Below, one piece after another: positions 10,996-25,249 of a stretch of DNA of 64,000 nucleotides. The DNA is from Eledone cirrhosa. Its lineage: Eukaryota. Below the pieces are notes generated by a model, which saw only the letters and a list, made by a program, of their open reading frames with translations, did not search any database and was not told the origin of the DNA. The first letter of the stretch is position 1; every line of letters starts with the position of its first letter. The DNA lies in the NCBI GenBank assembly GCA_964016885.1, contig OZ024757.1:29016001-29080000 (forward strand), given 5' to 3'. The translations under genes were made by a program, and so were the position numbers.

Positions 10996-13900
10996 AGGAG
11001 TGAGATAAAATATTAGGGATCAATCTCTACCAATAATTTGATTAAATCATATTTAACCAGAGACTGTTATGTCGTGGTTGTTGCTATATTTTATAGTCGT
11101 GGTTTCAATGTTTAACAGGGGTTGTAGAATTAGCTTTATCTAATTATTATCAAACAAAACAGATTTATATATTGTCGCCGTTGTACGTTAAAATCACATA
11201 TATATTTATATACACACCAAGGATGGAGGGACGACGGAATTGAAAACCATTATTGCTGAGTACATCACGGCAAGATCTAATCTAATACACAGACACACTC
11301 TCCCGTATATATTTAATTATCAGTTATGACCATGAAGAAGGTACCTGTAGATCATCTGGTTGTAGGATCTAATGAACCCGAAAGAAAGTGAAAATATATT
11401 TTATGAAAGCCCCAGAAGAATAAATGTAAACATTGACCCGATTATAGTAGAAATAACAATGAGAAAGCCATGAACGCCAGCACATCTATTTTGCTTGGAA
11501 ATTGAAAGTAGGTTTATAAATATTAATTTTTTCTTATGTTCTTGTATCTGTTTCGTTGGCCTTAATGGTAGGTGTTAGAGACTATGGAGACACTGATGTG
11601 GGGTTCAATCTCAGTCCGAATCTGTACTATATCTTGTTAAATTTAAATCTTTCTCTAGCAAAGTAAAAAATGAAATTATTATCTATAGATTTTGACCGAG
11701 ATCGAAACCCAGAGCAGGTTCTCCACCATCTCTAATACCTACCATTAGGCCACGGAGACAGATATAAAAACGGTGTGAAAATTAATATTTATAAAGTTAC
11801 TTTTTTATTTTTGTTTTATACTATAAAACATATAATACGACACACTGCCAGTGATTGAACCCCGAACCTGGACCTCTACCGTCTCTTATACTTACCACTA
11901 GGCTAAAGGGACGGTTACGGAAACTAACTGAAAATTGATATTTATAAACCTACTACTTCATTCAATAAAATAAAAGCAACAAATACGCAGCTATTAGTAT
12001 AGAACCTAACGGAAATCGAACCCTAAATCAGGATCTCCACCGTCTCTAGTACTTACCATTAGGCCACATGGACGGTTACAAAAATGCATTGAAAATTAAT
12101 ATTTACTTACTAGAAAAAACCGGAAGTGGAGAAAATTGAAAAACTTTTTCTTTTTCTCCCTCTGATTTTTCAAACAAAAGAAAATTTTATGTAAACAAAA
12201 ACGAAATTTTTGCCACGAACGATAACTCGTCTCTGACTTAAATCCAAATTTTGGATAAAAAAAAATCAGAGGAAGAAAAAGAAGATGTTTTTCAATTTTC
12301 TCCACTTCCGGTTTTTTCTAGTATAAGTAAGATTTGAACTTATAATGCTGTACTTTGTAGTAATGTCCCATATTATATTCAACATATTTTAATTAAAATT
12401 TGTTTTTTTTATAAAAGAAAGAACAAAAATCCTTATTGAAATTAAGAAATGAATTTTATTCAGTAAAGTTGTTTTTATTTTGTTTTCACTTCATTAACTG
12501 CTGAATACGTCTTTTGTTTTTGATTCTTTCTAACCATTGTTTACTGTAAATGGTGACTTCAAGGAACCTGGATTATTACCAAGTTTCACTGGATGATGGC
12601 ATTATTTTTTTGTATTATTTTGTTGTCAGTGGACATCTGGACATCTATCTAAATACCTGGAATAAACACAAGGTGTGTGTTTTACGTAACATTTCATTTT
12701 AATGTCTGATGTTCCTGTATATCACATTTAAAATGTAACCAATAAACAAGACAGGGAGGCTACATCAAAAGAAACCTACACAGACGAGGTATGAATAATC
12801 TAAAATTAATTTTAACAAACTATAAACGATGTTTAAAGAAAGACAAACATAATAATTACAGCCATAATCTAATATCTGAAGATCAACATTTTTCACGATA
12901 GAAATAAAACTAAATATGTAAAGTTTAGTGGCCCCTGATTTACTTGCTTTTAATTTCATTTTGATAATCTGTATTCTGTAGACATATATTTATGATTTTA
13001 ATGATGAAATTTCCTCTTGTCTTTAAAAGATTATTACTTATAAACATTATAATAGTCACCCCCTTCTCTGGATTAATATATAGCATCATTCGAAGTAGCT
13101 AACCCCCAGGGGGTTCCTCATCTGGGCGATTTCAACTGTTGGGTGGGCGATGAGCAGCTGAACAGAAAATTGATGACCATTGGAAACTTTGGTGGGTGAT
13201 ATAGAATTTCGAGATTTAAGAAGGTATGCTACCCGAAAACCTATTCAAGGAATATATATACAAAGAACATGAATAAAAATCAGTAAGCTGATTGGGAAAA
13301 TTGAACCAGGAACAAACATTTACGAAACATATTTGGTATACTTTGGAATATTTGCTATACAGGTGGCTGGTGGAACATTTTTTCATGTGAATGTGGGTAA
13401 TGACGCCAAAATATTTGGCAACACTTGGCCTACACCTTACTAAATGTTCTGGAGACAAGCCTCTTAGCTATATATCATAGTTACTTCAATCCTTCATCTT
13501 CCACTGTTGGTGAAGTATTTCGATTTGTTATGACGATCGCAGAGTTAGATTTAGGACGTGGTGGCGTTCATGGGTTTCTTAGTGTTGTTACTAGAAAGGG
13601 TCGACTCTGTCTTTCACATTTCAGGTTTTTTCCTGAATTAAATATTCACTTTCTTTCTGATCGGTCTAACAATGATTTGAACCTACAATGACTCCGTCTG
13701 TAATAATGTTCTCTTATTTGAAATATGTCATGTGTGTGTGAAAAAATATTCCAACTTAGAGCGACGTGCCCGTAAATTGTTTAGCCTGATTACTATATAT
13801 AGATAATGTGTAGGTGTGTAATATTTGAACCTTCATTGAGGGTCTTTGCCGTAATTCCGACTAGAAGTCATTATGTAGTTTTTTCGTCCGTTAAAAATAA

Positions 13901-16900
13901 TAATTAAAATAATTCTATAGCCACCTCATCACATATTATATAATTTCCACCAATAACTACATTATATCCTTAAATATGACACCAAGACATAATTTGTATT
14001 AAAACCTCAATTTTTAAATAATTTTACCCCACCTTTGTGTTCAGATTAATCCATAATTTTATGATTTTGGAGCAGATAACTTATAGTACCAGTCATGTAC
14101 TGGGATCAATTTAACGGATTGGTTCCTCCCCGCAAATTACTTGACTTTTGCCTAAGTAAGACATACTCACAGAATGTATCGATGTATATGTATGAATGTA
14201 TATATATATATATAATAATAATATATATATATATATCTATATATTTATGTTTACAATAAAAATAGACAAACAATTTAATGATAATATGAAATGAAATTAT
14301 TATTATTTATTAATATTTTTATTGTTTTCACTGCATTAACTTCTGAGTGTGACTTTGTTTTTCTTACTATTTTCTACTGTAAATGGCGGCTGAGAGGAAA
14401 TTGGATTATTACTAAGGTTTACTGGATTGTGGTGTTTCTTTATTGTTTTATATTTCATTCAGTGGACATCAGGATAACTTTCTATATACCTGGGATAAAT
14501 GTAAAGAGTACTGTCTTTCATCTGCAGAACAATGGTGATGTCTTCTTATTTTTACATTTACTTCTGCAATACTGTATATTGTAGTCTTTTCATTATTTTA
14601 AATATTTCTATCATGTCACTCGTTTGATATATCTCCTCGAAAGATGTAGTTATTCAGGGCTTTACATTGGAATAGTGTACTACTATTTAAATATATATTT
14701 CTATCATGTCCCCCCCACCCTCTTAGATTTATCTCCTCTAAATTTGCAATCCCTAAAGTTTAACATCTTTCTTCAGAAGACAGATTTCTTAATAATTCTG
14801 GTGTTTTCTGTTTTGTTCTTCTCTCCATTCCTTCAATAGCTTCTCCGTATTTTCTGAAGTCCTCTGACCATACCTCTAGACAATATTCTAGGTGGTATCA
14901 CACATATCATTCAACTAGTGTTTTAGACCTCTCGACATTTAGCTAGGCAAAGGAATGTTTTATTATTCCTATCATCTGAATTCCTTTTTTTTCTTCAACA
15001 TGTTTCGCCATCTTTAAAATCATATTCATACGTATTCACAATTCCTCGTGGAGGGGTATAAGAGACATGTATAAATATAGCTGCATATTACTACAAAATA
15101 ACTTGAACCATATCGCGAAACATTTTGTAAAGTATCTCTGTAATTATTCTCATTTCGATTTTCTGTAGAATGTATTGACGTTTAAGATAGAGACAATTGC
15201 CCTTCTTCTAATAATCTCTTTGTCCATTCCATGTTTAGTCTCACAAAATATTGTTAATGCAAGATTTTGCTCTAATGTAATAAATGTTACTTTTGAAAGA
15301 CCGAAGTTCTCAATTTTCTTCTTTCGCTTGGAGATGGATGACGAATTATGTGATGGGGAGGAAAAAGCCACGACCTTCTTCTCTCGTTACAGAAGGCTAA
15401 CTGACAACGGCTTTCGCAGGCGTGACTAGTACTGTACACCAATGAACAATACTGCCTTTTATATACCGTGACAACTGGAAAGACGTGACAAATAAGGATA
15501 CACTCTGCTCTCCTTATCAACATTGTCCGAGTCTGAGGACCTTTCCTCCCTGGTTAAGGAGTGAGATAAAATATTAGGGATCAATCTCTACCAATAATTT
15601 GATTAAATCATATTTAACCAGAGACTGTTATGTCGTGGTTGTTGCTATATTTTATAGTCGTGGTTTCAATGTTTAACAGGGGTTGTAGAATTAGCTTTAT
15701 CTAATTATTATCAAACAAAACAGATTTATATATTGTCGCCGTTGTACGTTAAAATCACATATATATTTATATACACACCAAGGATGGAGGGACGACGGAA
15801 TTGAAAACCATTATTGCTGAGTACATCACGGCAAGATCTAATCTAATACACAGACACACTCTCCCGTATATATTTAATTATCAGCTATGACCATGAAGAA
15901 GGTACCTGTAGATCATCTGGTTGTAGGATCTAATGAACCCGAAAGAAAGTGAAAATATATTTTATGAAAGCCCCAGAAGAATAAATGTAAACATTGACCC
16001 GATTATAGTAGAAATAACAATGAGAAAGCCATGAACGCCAGCACATCTATTTTGCTTGGAAATTGAAAGTAGGTTTATAAATATTAATTTTTTCTTATGT
16101 TCTTGTATCTGTTTCGTTGGCCTTAATGGTAGGTGTTAGAGACTATGGAGACACTGATGTGGGGTTCAATCTCAGTCCGAATCTGTACTATATCTTGTTA
16201 AATTTAAATTTTTCTCTAGCAAAGTAAAAAATGAAATTATTATCTATAGATTTTGACCGAGATCGAAACCCAGAGCAGGTTCTCCACCATCTCTAATACC
16301 TACCATTAGGCCACGGAGACAGATATAAAAACGGTGTGAAAATTAATATTTATAAAGTTACTTTTTTATTTTTGTTTTATACTATAAAACATATAATACG
16401 ACACACTGCCAGTGATTGAACCCCGAACCTGGACCTCTACCGTCTCTTATACTTACCACTAGGCTAAAGGGACGGTTACGGAAACTAACTGAAAATTGAT
16501 ATTTATAAACCTACTACTTCATTCAATAAAATAAAAGCAACAAATACGCAGCTATTAGTATAGAACCTAACGGAAATCGAACCCTAAATCAGGATCTCCA
16601 CCGTCTCTAGTACTTACCATTAGGCCACATGGACGGTTACAAAAATGCATTGAAAATTAATATTTACTTACTAGAAAAAACCGGAAGTGGAGAAAATTGA
16701 AAAACTTTTTCTTTTTCTCCCTCTGATTTTTCAAACAAAAGAAAATTTTATGTAAACAAAAACGAAATTTTTGCCACGAACGATAACTCGTCTCTGACTT
16801 AAATCCAAATTTTGGATAAAAAAAAATCAGAGGAAGAAAAAGAAGATGTTTTTCAATTTTCTCCACTTCCGGTTTTTTCTAGTATAAGTAAGATTTGAAC

Positions 16901-19184
16901 TTATAATGCTGTACTTTGTAGTAATGTCCCATATTATATTCAACATATTTTAATTAAAATTTGTTTTTTTTATAAAAGAAAGAACAAAAATCCTTATTGA
17001 AATTAAGAAATGAATTTTATTCAGTAAAGTTGTTTTTATTTTGTTTTCACTTCATTAACTGCTGAATACGTCTTTTGTTTTTGATTCTTTCTAACCATTG
17101 TTTACTGTAAATGGTGACTTCAAGGAACCTGGATTATTACCAAGTTTCACTGGATGATGGCATTATTTTTTTGTATTATTTTGTTGTCAGTGGACATCTG
17201 GACATCTATCTAAATACCTGGAATAAACACAAGGTGTGTGTTTTACGTAACATTTCATTTTAATGTCTGATGTTCCTGTATATCACATTTAAAATGTAAC
17301 CAATAAACAAGACAGGGAGGCTACATCAAAAGAAACCTACACAGACGAGGTATGAATAATCTAAAATTAATTTTAACAAACTATAAACGATGTTTAAAGA
17401 AAGACAAACATAATAATTACAGCCATAATCTAATATCTGAAGATCAACATTTTTCACGATAGAAATAAAACTAAATATGTAAAGTTTAGTGGCCCCTGAT
17501 TTACATGCTTTTAATTTCATTTTGATAATCTGTATTCTGTAGACATATATTTATGATTTTAATGATGAAATTTCCTCTTGTCTTTAAAAGATTATTACTT
17601 ATAAACATTATAATAGTCACCCCCTTCTCTGGATTAATATATAGCATCATTCGAAGTAGCTAACCCCCAGGGGGTTCCTCATCTGGGCGATTTCAACTGT
17701 TGGGTGGGCGATGAGCAGCTGAACAGAAAATTGATGACCATTGGAAACTTTGGTGGGTGATATAGAATTTCGAGATTTAAGAAGGTATGCTACCCGAAAA
17801 CCTATTCAAGGAATATATATACAAAGAACATGAATAAAAATCAGTAAGCTGATTGGGAAAATTGAACCAGGAACAAACATTTACGAAACATATTTGGTAT
17901 ACTTTGGAATATTTGCTATACAGGTGGCTGGTGGAACATTTTTTCATGTGAATGTGGGTAATGACGCCAAAATATTTGGCAACACTTGGCCTACACCTTA
18001 CTAAATGTTCTGGAGACAAGCCTCTTAGCTATATATCATAGTTACTTCAATCCTTCATCTTCCACTGTTGGTGAAGTATTTCGATTTGTTATGACGATCG
18101 CAGAGTTAGATTTAGGACGTGGTGGCGTTCATGGGTTTCTTAGTGTTGTTACTAGAAAGGGTCGACTCTGTCTTTCACATTTCAGGTTTTTTCCTGAATT
18201 AAATATTCACTTTCTTTCTGATCGGTCTAACAATGATTTGAACCTACAATGACTCCGTCTGTAATAATGTTCTCTTATTTGAAATATGTCATGTGTGTGT
18301 GAAAAAATATTCCAACTTAGAGCGACGTGCCCGTAAATTGTTTAGCCTGATTACTATATATAGATAATGTGTAGGTGTGTAATATTTGAACCTTCATTGA
18401 GGGTCTTTGCCGTAATTCCGACTAGAAGTCATTATGTAGTTTTTTCGTCCGTTAAAAATAATAATTAAAATAATTCTATAGCCACCTCATCACATATTAT
18501 ATAATTTCCACCAATAACTACATTATATCCTTAAATATGACACCAAGACATAATTTGTATTAAAACCTCAATTTTTAAATAATTTTACCCCACCTTTGTG
18601 TTCAGATTAATCCATAATTTTATGATTTTGGAGCAGATAACTTATAGTACCAGTCATGTACTGGGATCAATTTAACGGATTGGTTCCTCCCCGCAAATTA
18701 CTTGACTTTTGCCTAAGTAAGACATACTCACAGAATGTATCGATGTATATGTATGAATGTATATATATATATATAATAATAATATATATATATATATCTA
18801 TATATTTATGTTTACAATAAAAATAGACAAACAATTTAATGATAATATGAAATGAAATTATTATTATTTATTAATATTTTTATTGTTTTCACTGCATTAA
18901 CTTCTGAGTGTGACTTTGTTTTTCTTACTATTTTCTACTGTAAATGGCGGCTGAGAGGAAATTGGATTATTACTAAGGTTTACTGGATTGTGGTGTTTCT
19001 TTATTGTTTTATATTTCATTCAGTGGACATCAGGATAACTTTCTATATACCTGGGATAAATGTAAAGAGTACTGTCTTTCATCTGCAGTACAATGGTGAT
19101 ATCTTATATTTACATTTACTTCTGCAATACTGTATATTGTAGTCTTTTCATTATTTTAAATATTTCTATCATGTCACTTGTTTG

Positions 19185-22100
19185 AAACGAGAGAGAGAGA
19201 GAAAGATGAAACGGGTGAGCGAGAGATGAGAGCAACGAGAGATGAGAGCAACGAGACCGTGAGAGAGAGATGAGAGTAACGAGAGAGAAATAGATGAAAG
19301 GAGAGAGAGGGACGGAAGGAGAGAGAGAGAGGGGTGGATGGAGAGAGAGAGGGATGGATTGGGAGAGAGATGGAGAGAGAGAGGGGGATGGAGAGAGAGA
19401 GGGGGATGGAGAGAGAGAGAGAGATGGAGGGAGAGAGATGGAGATGGAGAGAGAGAGGGATGGAAGGAGAGTGAGAGGGATGGATACAGAGAGAGGGATG
19501 GATGGATGGAGAGAGGGATGGAAGGAGAGAGGGATGGAAGGATGGAGAGAGAGAGAGGGATGGAAGGAGAGAGGGATGGAAGGAGAGAGAGATGGAAGGA
19601 GAGAGAGGGATGGAAGGAGAGAGAGAGAGAGGAATGGAAGGAGAGAGAGAGAGTGAGAGAGGGGTGGATGGAAAGAGAGAGGGATTGGATGGAAAGTGAG
19701 AGAGGGATAGAATGGAGAGAGAGAGAGTGAGAGAGGCGTGGATGGAAAGTGAGAGAGGGATGGATGGAGAGAGAGAGAGCGGGATGGAGAGAGAGAGGGG
19801 TGCATGGAGAGAGAGGGATGGATGGATGGAAGGAGAGAGAGAGAGAGAGGGGGATGGAAAGAGAGAGAGGGAGGGATGGATGGAGAGAGAGGGAGGGAGG
19901 GAGGGAAGGAGAGAGAGAGGGAGGGAGGGATGGAAGGAGAGAGAGAGGGGAATGGAAGGAGAGAGAGAGAGAGGAATGGAAGGAGAGAGAGAGAGGGATA
20001 GATGGAGAGAGAGAGAGGAATGGAGAGAGAGAAGGAGAGGGATGGATGAAAGGAGAGAGAGAGAGCGGGATGGATAGAGAGCGGGATGGATAGAGAGGGG
20101 AGGATGGATAGAGAGGGGAGGATGGAAGGAGAGAGAGCGGGATGGATAGAGAGAGAGAGAGGGATGGAAGGAGAGAGAGGGATGGAAGGAGAGAGAGATG
20201 GATGGAGAGGGAGAGAGAGGGGGATGGATAGAGAGAGGGGTGGAAGGAGAGAGAGAGGGATGGATGGAAGGAGAGAGAGAGGGATGGATGGATGGAGAGA
20301 GAGGGAGATGGAAGGAGAGAGAGGGAGGGATGGATGGAGAGAGAGGGATGGATGGATGGAGAGAGAGGGATGGATGGAGAGAGAGAGATGGATGGAGAGA
20401 GAGAGATGGATGGAGAGAGAGGAATGGAAGGAGAGAGAGAGAGGGGTGGATGGAGAGTGAGAGAGGGATGGATGGAGAGAGAGAGGGAGGGAGGGGGATG
20501 GAGAGAGAGAGAGGGATGGATGTAGAGAGAGAGAGAGGGGTGGATGGAGAGAGAGCGGGATGGATAGAGAGGGGTGGGTAGAGAGAGAGCGGGATAGAAT
20601 GGAGAGAGAGAGAGGGGTGGATGGAGAGAGAGAGGGAGATGGATGAAGAGGGAGAGAGAGGGGGATGGATAGAGAGAGAGAGGGAGATGGATGAAGAGGG
20701 AGAGAGAGGGGGATGGATAGAGAGAGAGAGGGATGGAAGGAGAGAGAGAGAGGGGTGGATGGATGGATGGATGGAGAGAGAGAGAGAGAGGGATGGGGAC
20801 GGAGAGAGAGAGAGAGAGAGAGAGGGGATGGATGGAGAGAGAGGGATGGATGGAAGGAGAGAGAGATGGAAGAAGAGAGGAGGGATGGATGGAAGGAGAG
20901 AGGGTGATGGAAGAAGAGAGAGGGATGTGGATAGAGAGAGAGGGATGGAAGGAGAGAGGGATGTGGATAGAGAGAGAGGGATGGAAGGAGAGAGAGAAGG
21001 AGAGAGAGGGATGGAAGGAGAGAGGGATGGAAGGAGAGAGAGAGGGGGATGGATGGAGAGAGAGGGAGGGAGGGATGGAAGGAGAGAGAGGGATGGAGAG
21101 GGAGAGAGAGGGGGATGGATAGAGAGAGGAATGGAATGGAGAGAGAGGGATGGAAGGAGAGAGGAATGGAATGGAGAGAGAGGGATGGAAGGAGAGAGGA
21201 ATGGAATGGAGAGAGAGGGATGGAAGGAGAGAGAGCGGGATGGAGAGAGAGAGGGGGATGGATAGAAAGAGAGAGGGATGGATGGATGGAGAGAGAGAGA
21301 AAGCGGGATGGACAGAGAGAGAGAGAGGAAAGGAAGGACAGAGAGAGGGATGGATGGAGAGAGAGGAAAGGAAGGACAGAGGGATGGAAGGAGAGAGAGA
21401 GAGAGAGATGGATGGAGAGGGAGAGAGAGGGGGATGGATGGAGAGAGAGAGAGAGGAATGGAAGTAGAGAGAGGGATGGATGGAAGGAGAGGGAGGGATG
21501 GATGGAAGGAGAGAGAGAGAGAGGGAGGGATGGAAGGAGAGAGAGGGATGGATGGATGGAGAGAGAGATATTTTAAATATTTCTATCATGTCACTCGTTT
21601 GAAACGGGTGAGCGAGAGATGAGAGCAACGAGAGATGAGAGCAACGAGACCGTGAGAGAGAGATGAGAGTAACGAGAGAGAGTAATGAAACGAGAGAGAA
21701 ATAGATGAAAGGAGAGAGAGAGGGACGGAATGAGAGAGAGAGAGGGACGGAAGGAGAGAGAGAGGGATGGATGGATGGAGAGAGAGGGGTGGATGGAGAG
21801 AGAGGAAAGGAAGGAGAGAGAGAGGAATGGCAGGAGAGAGGGATGGAGAGAGAGGGAGATGGAAGGAGAGAGAGGGGGAAGGATGGATGGGGAGAGAGAG
21901 GGATGGAAGGAGAGAGAGAGAGAGAGAGATGGGGAGAGAGAGAGAGAGATGGGGAGAGAGGGAGAGAGGGATGGAAGGAGAGAGAGAGGGATGGATGGAT
22001 AGAAAGAGAGAGAGGGATGGATGGAGAGAGAGAGGGGGATGGAAGGAGAGGGATGGAAAGAGAGGGATGGAAGGAGAGGGATGGAAGGAGAGGGATGGAA

Positions 22101-25100
22101 GGAGAGGGATGGAAGGAGAGGGAGAGGGATGGAGAGAGAGGTGGATGGAGAGAGAGGTGGAAGGAGAGAGGGATGGAAGGAGAGAGGGATGGAAGGAGAG
22201 AGAGAGCGGGATGGAGAGAGAGCGGGATGGAGAGAGAGCGGGATGGAGAGAGAGCGGGATAGAATGGAGAGAGAGAGGGGTAGATGGAAGGAGAGAGAGA
22301 GGGGTGGATGGAGAGAGAGGAGAGAGAGGAAAGGAAGGAGAGAGGGATGGATGGAGAGAGAGAGAGGGATGGGGAGAGAGAGGGATGGAAGGAGAGAGAG
22401 AGAGATGGATGGAGAGGGAGAGACAGGGGGATGGATAGAGAGAGGAATGGAATGGAGAGGAATGGAATGGTGAGAGAGAGGGGTGGATAGAGAGAGAGAG
22501 AGAGAGAGGGGTGGATGGAAGAAGAGAGAGAGGGGTGGATAGAGAGAGAGGGGTGGATAGAGAGAGAGGGATGGATGGAAGGAGAGAGAGAGGGATGGAT
22601 GGAAGGAGAGAGAGAGGGATGGATGGAAGGAGAGAGAGAGGGATGGATGGAAGGAGAGAGAGAGGGATGGATGGAGAGAGAGAGAGAGAGGGATGGATGG
22701 GGACGGAGAGAGAGAGAGATGGATGGGGAGAGCGGGATAGAATGGAGAGAGAGAGAGAGAGAGAGGGGTGGATGGAGAGAGGGATGGAAGGAGGGATTGA
22801 GAGAGAGAGAGAGAGAGAGAGAGGGGGATGTATGGAGAGAGAGCGGTGGATGGAATGGAGAGAGAGGGAAGGAAGGAGAGAGAGCGGGATGTATGGAGAA
22901 AGGAAAGGAAGGAGAGAGAGGGATGGAGAGAGAGGGATGGAAGGAGAGAGAGAGGGATGAAAGGAGAGAGAGGGATGGATGGAAGGAGAGAGGAGGGATG
23001 GAAAGAGAGAGAGAGAGGGATGGAAAGAGAGAGAGGGATGGAAGGAGAGAGAGAGGGATGGATGGAAGGAGAGAGAGGGGGATTGAATGGATAGAGAGAG
23101 GGATGGAAGGAGAGAGAGTTGGAAGGAGAGAGGGATGGATGGATAGAGAGAGGGATGGATGGATAGAGAGAGAGAGAGGGATGGATGGAGAGAGAGAGAG
23201 GGAAGGAGAGAGAGAGAGAGGGATGGAAGGAGAGAGAGAGAGAGAGATAGAGAGGGGTGGATGGAGAAAGAGAGAGAGAGAGAGGGGTGGAAGGAGAGAG
23301 AGAGGAATGGATGGATAGAGAGGGATGGATGGAGAGAGAGAGGGATGGATGGATGGAGAGAGGGATGGAAGGCGGGATGGATAGAGAGGGATGGATGGAG
23401 AGAGAGAGGGATGGATGGATGGAGAGAGGGATGGAAGGAGGGATAGAGAGAGAGGAATGGATGGAGAGAGAGAGGGATGGAAGGAGAGGGAGAGAGGGAT
23501 GGATGGAGAGAGAGAGGGATGGATAGAAAGAGAGAGAGAGAGAGGGATGGATGGAGAGGGATGGATGGAGAGGGATGGAAGGAGAGGGAGAGGTGGATGG
23601 AGAGAGAGGTGGATGGAGAGAGAGAGGGATGGAAGGAGAGAGAGAGAGGTGGATGGAGAGAGAGAGGGATGGAAGGAGAGAGAGAGAGCGGGATGGAGAG
23701 AGAGCGGGATAGAATGGAGAGAGAGAGGGGTAGATGGAAGGAGAGAGAGAGGGGTGGATGGAGAGAGAGGAGAGAGAGGAAAGGAAGGAGAGAGGGATGG
23801 ATGGAGAGAGGGATGGATGGAGAGTGAGAGGGGTGGAAGGAGAGAGAGAGGGATGGATGGAGAGAGAGAGGGTGATGGAAGGAGAGAGAGGGTGATGGAA
23901 GGAGAGAGAGAGAGATGGATGGAGAGGGAGAGAGAGGGGGATGGATAGAGAGAGGAATGGAATGGAGAGGAATGGAATGGTGAGAGGAATGGAAGGAGAG
24001 AGAGCGGGATGGATAGAGAGGGATGGAAGGAGAGAGAGAGAGGGATGGATGGAGAGAGAGAGAGAGATGGATGGAGAGAGAGAGAGGGATGGATGGGGAC
24101 GGAGAGAGAGAGATGGATGGGGAGAGAGAGAGAGAGAGAGATGGATGGGGAGAGAGAGAGAGATGGATGGGGAGAGCGGGATAGAATGGAGAGAGAGAGA
24201 GAGAGAGAGGGGTGGATGGAGAGAGGGATGGAAGGAGAGAGAGAGAGGGATTGATGGATAGAGAGAGAGAGAGAGAGAGGGATGGATGGAAGGAGAGAGA
24301 GATGGAAGAAGAGAGGAGGGATGGAAAGAGAGAGAGAGGGATGGAAGGAGAGAGGGATGGATGGAGAGAGAGAGGGGATGGAAGGAGAGAGAGGGGGATT
24401 GAATGGATAGAGAGAGGGTTGGAAGGAGAGAGGGATGGATGGATAGAGAGAGGGTTGGATGGATAGAGAGAGGGATGGATGGATAGAGAGAGGGATGGAT
24501 GGATAGAGGGGGATGGATTTTGAGAGAGAGTGATGGAATGGGAGAGAAGGGTGGGAGAGAGAAGGGTGGGAGAGAGAAGGGTGGGAGAGAGAGAGAGAGG
24601 GGGGTGGAAGGAGAGAGAGAGGGATGGATAGAGAGAGAGAGAGAGGGATGGATAGAGAGAGAGAGAGAGAGGGGTGGATGGAGAGAGAGGGATGGATGGA
24701 TAGAGAGAGAAGGATGGAAGGAGAGAGAGGGATGGCTGGAGAGATAGCGGGATGGAAGGAGAGAGAGGGATGGAAGGAGAGAGAGGGATGGAAGGAGAGA
24801 GAGAGAGAGGGATGCAATGGATAGATGGAAGGAGAGAGAGGAAAGGAAGGAGTGAGAGAGAGAGGGGGATGGAAGGAGAGAGAGAGAGAGAGGGATAAGG
24901 ATAGAGAGAGATGGAAGGATAGAGAGAGAGGGGCATGGATGGATCGAGAGCGGGATGGATGGAGAGAGAGGTGGATGGAATGGAGAGAGAGAGGGATGGA
25001 AGGAGAGAGAGAGGGATGGATGGAGAGAGAGGGGGGATGGAAGGAGAGAGGGATGGATGGAGAGAGAGAGGGATGGAAAGGGAGAGAAGTGTGGAAGGGG

Positions 25101-25211
25101 AGAGAGGGATATGGATAGAGACAGAGGGGGAAGGATGGAGAGAGAGGGATGGAAGGAGAGAGAGAGAGGGATGGAAGGAGAGAGAGAGAGGGATGGATGG
25201 AGAGAGAGAGG

Positions 25212-25249
<38 letters not shown>

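Larger units (their letters stand above)
6827..19184. repeat. 4561-bp tandem array, ~2.7 near-identical copies (starts 6827, 11388, 15949)
   Basis: ORF track repeats at exact +4561 offsets; only scattered SNPs between copies. Confidence 0.98.
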
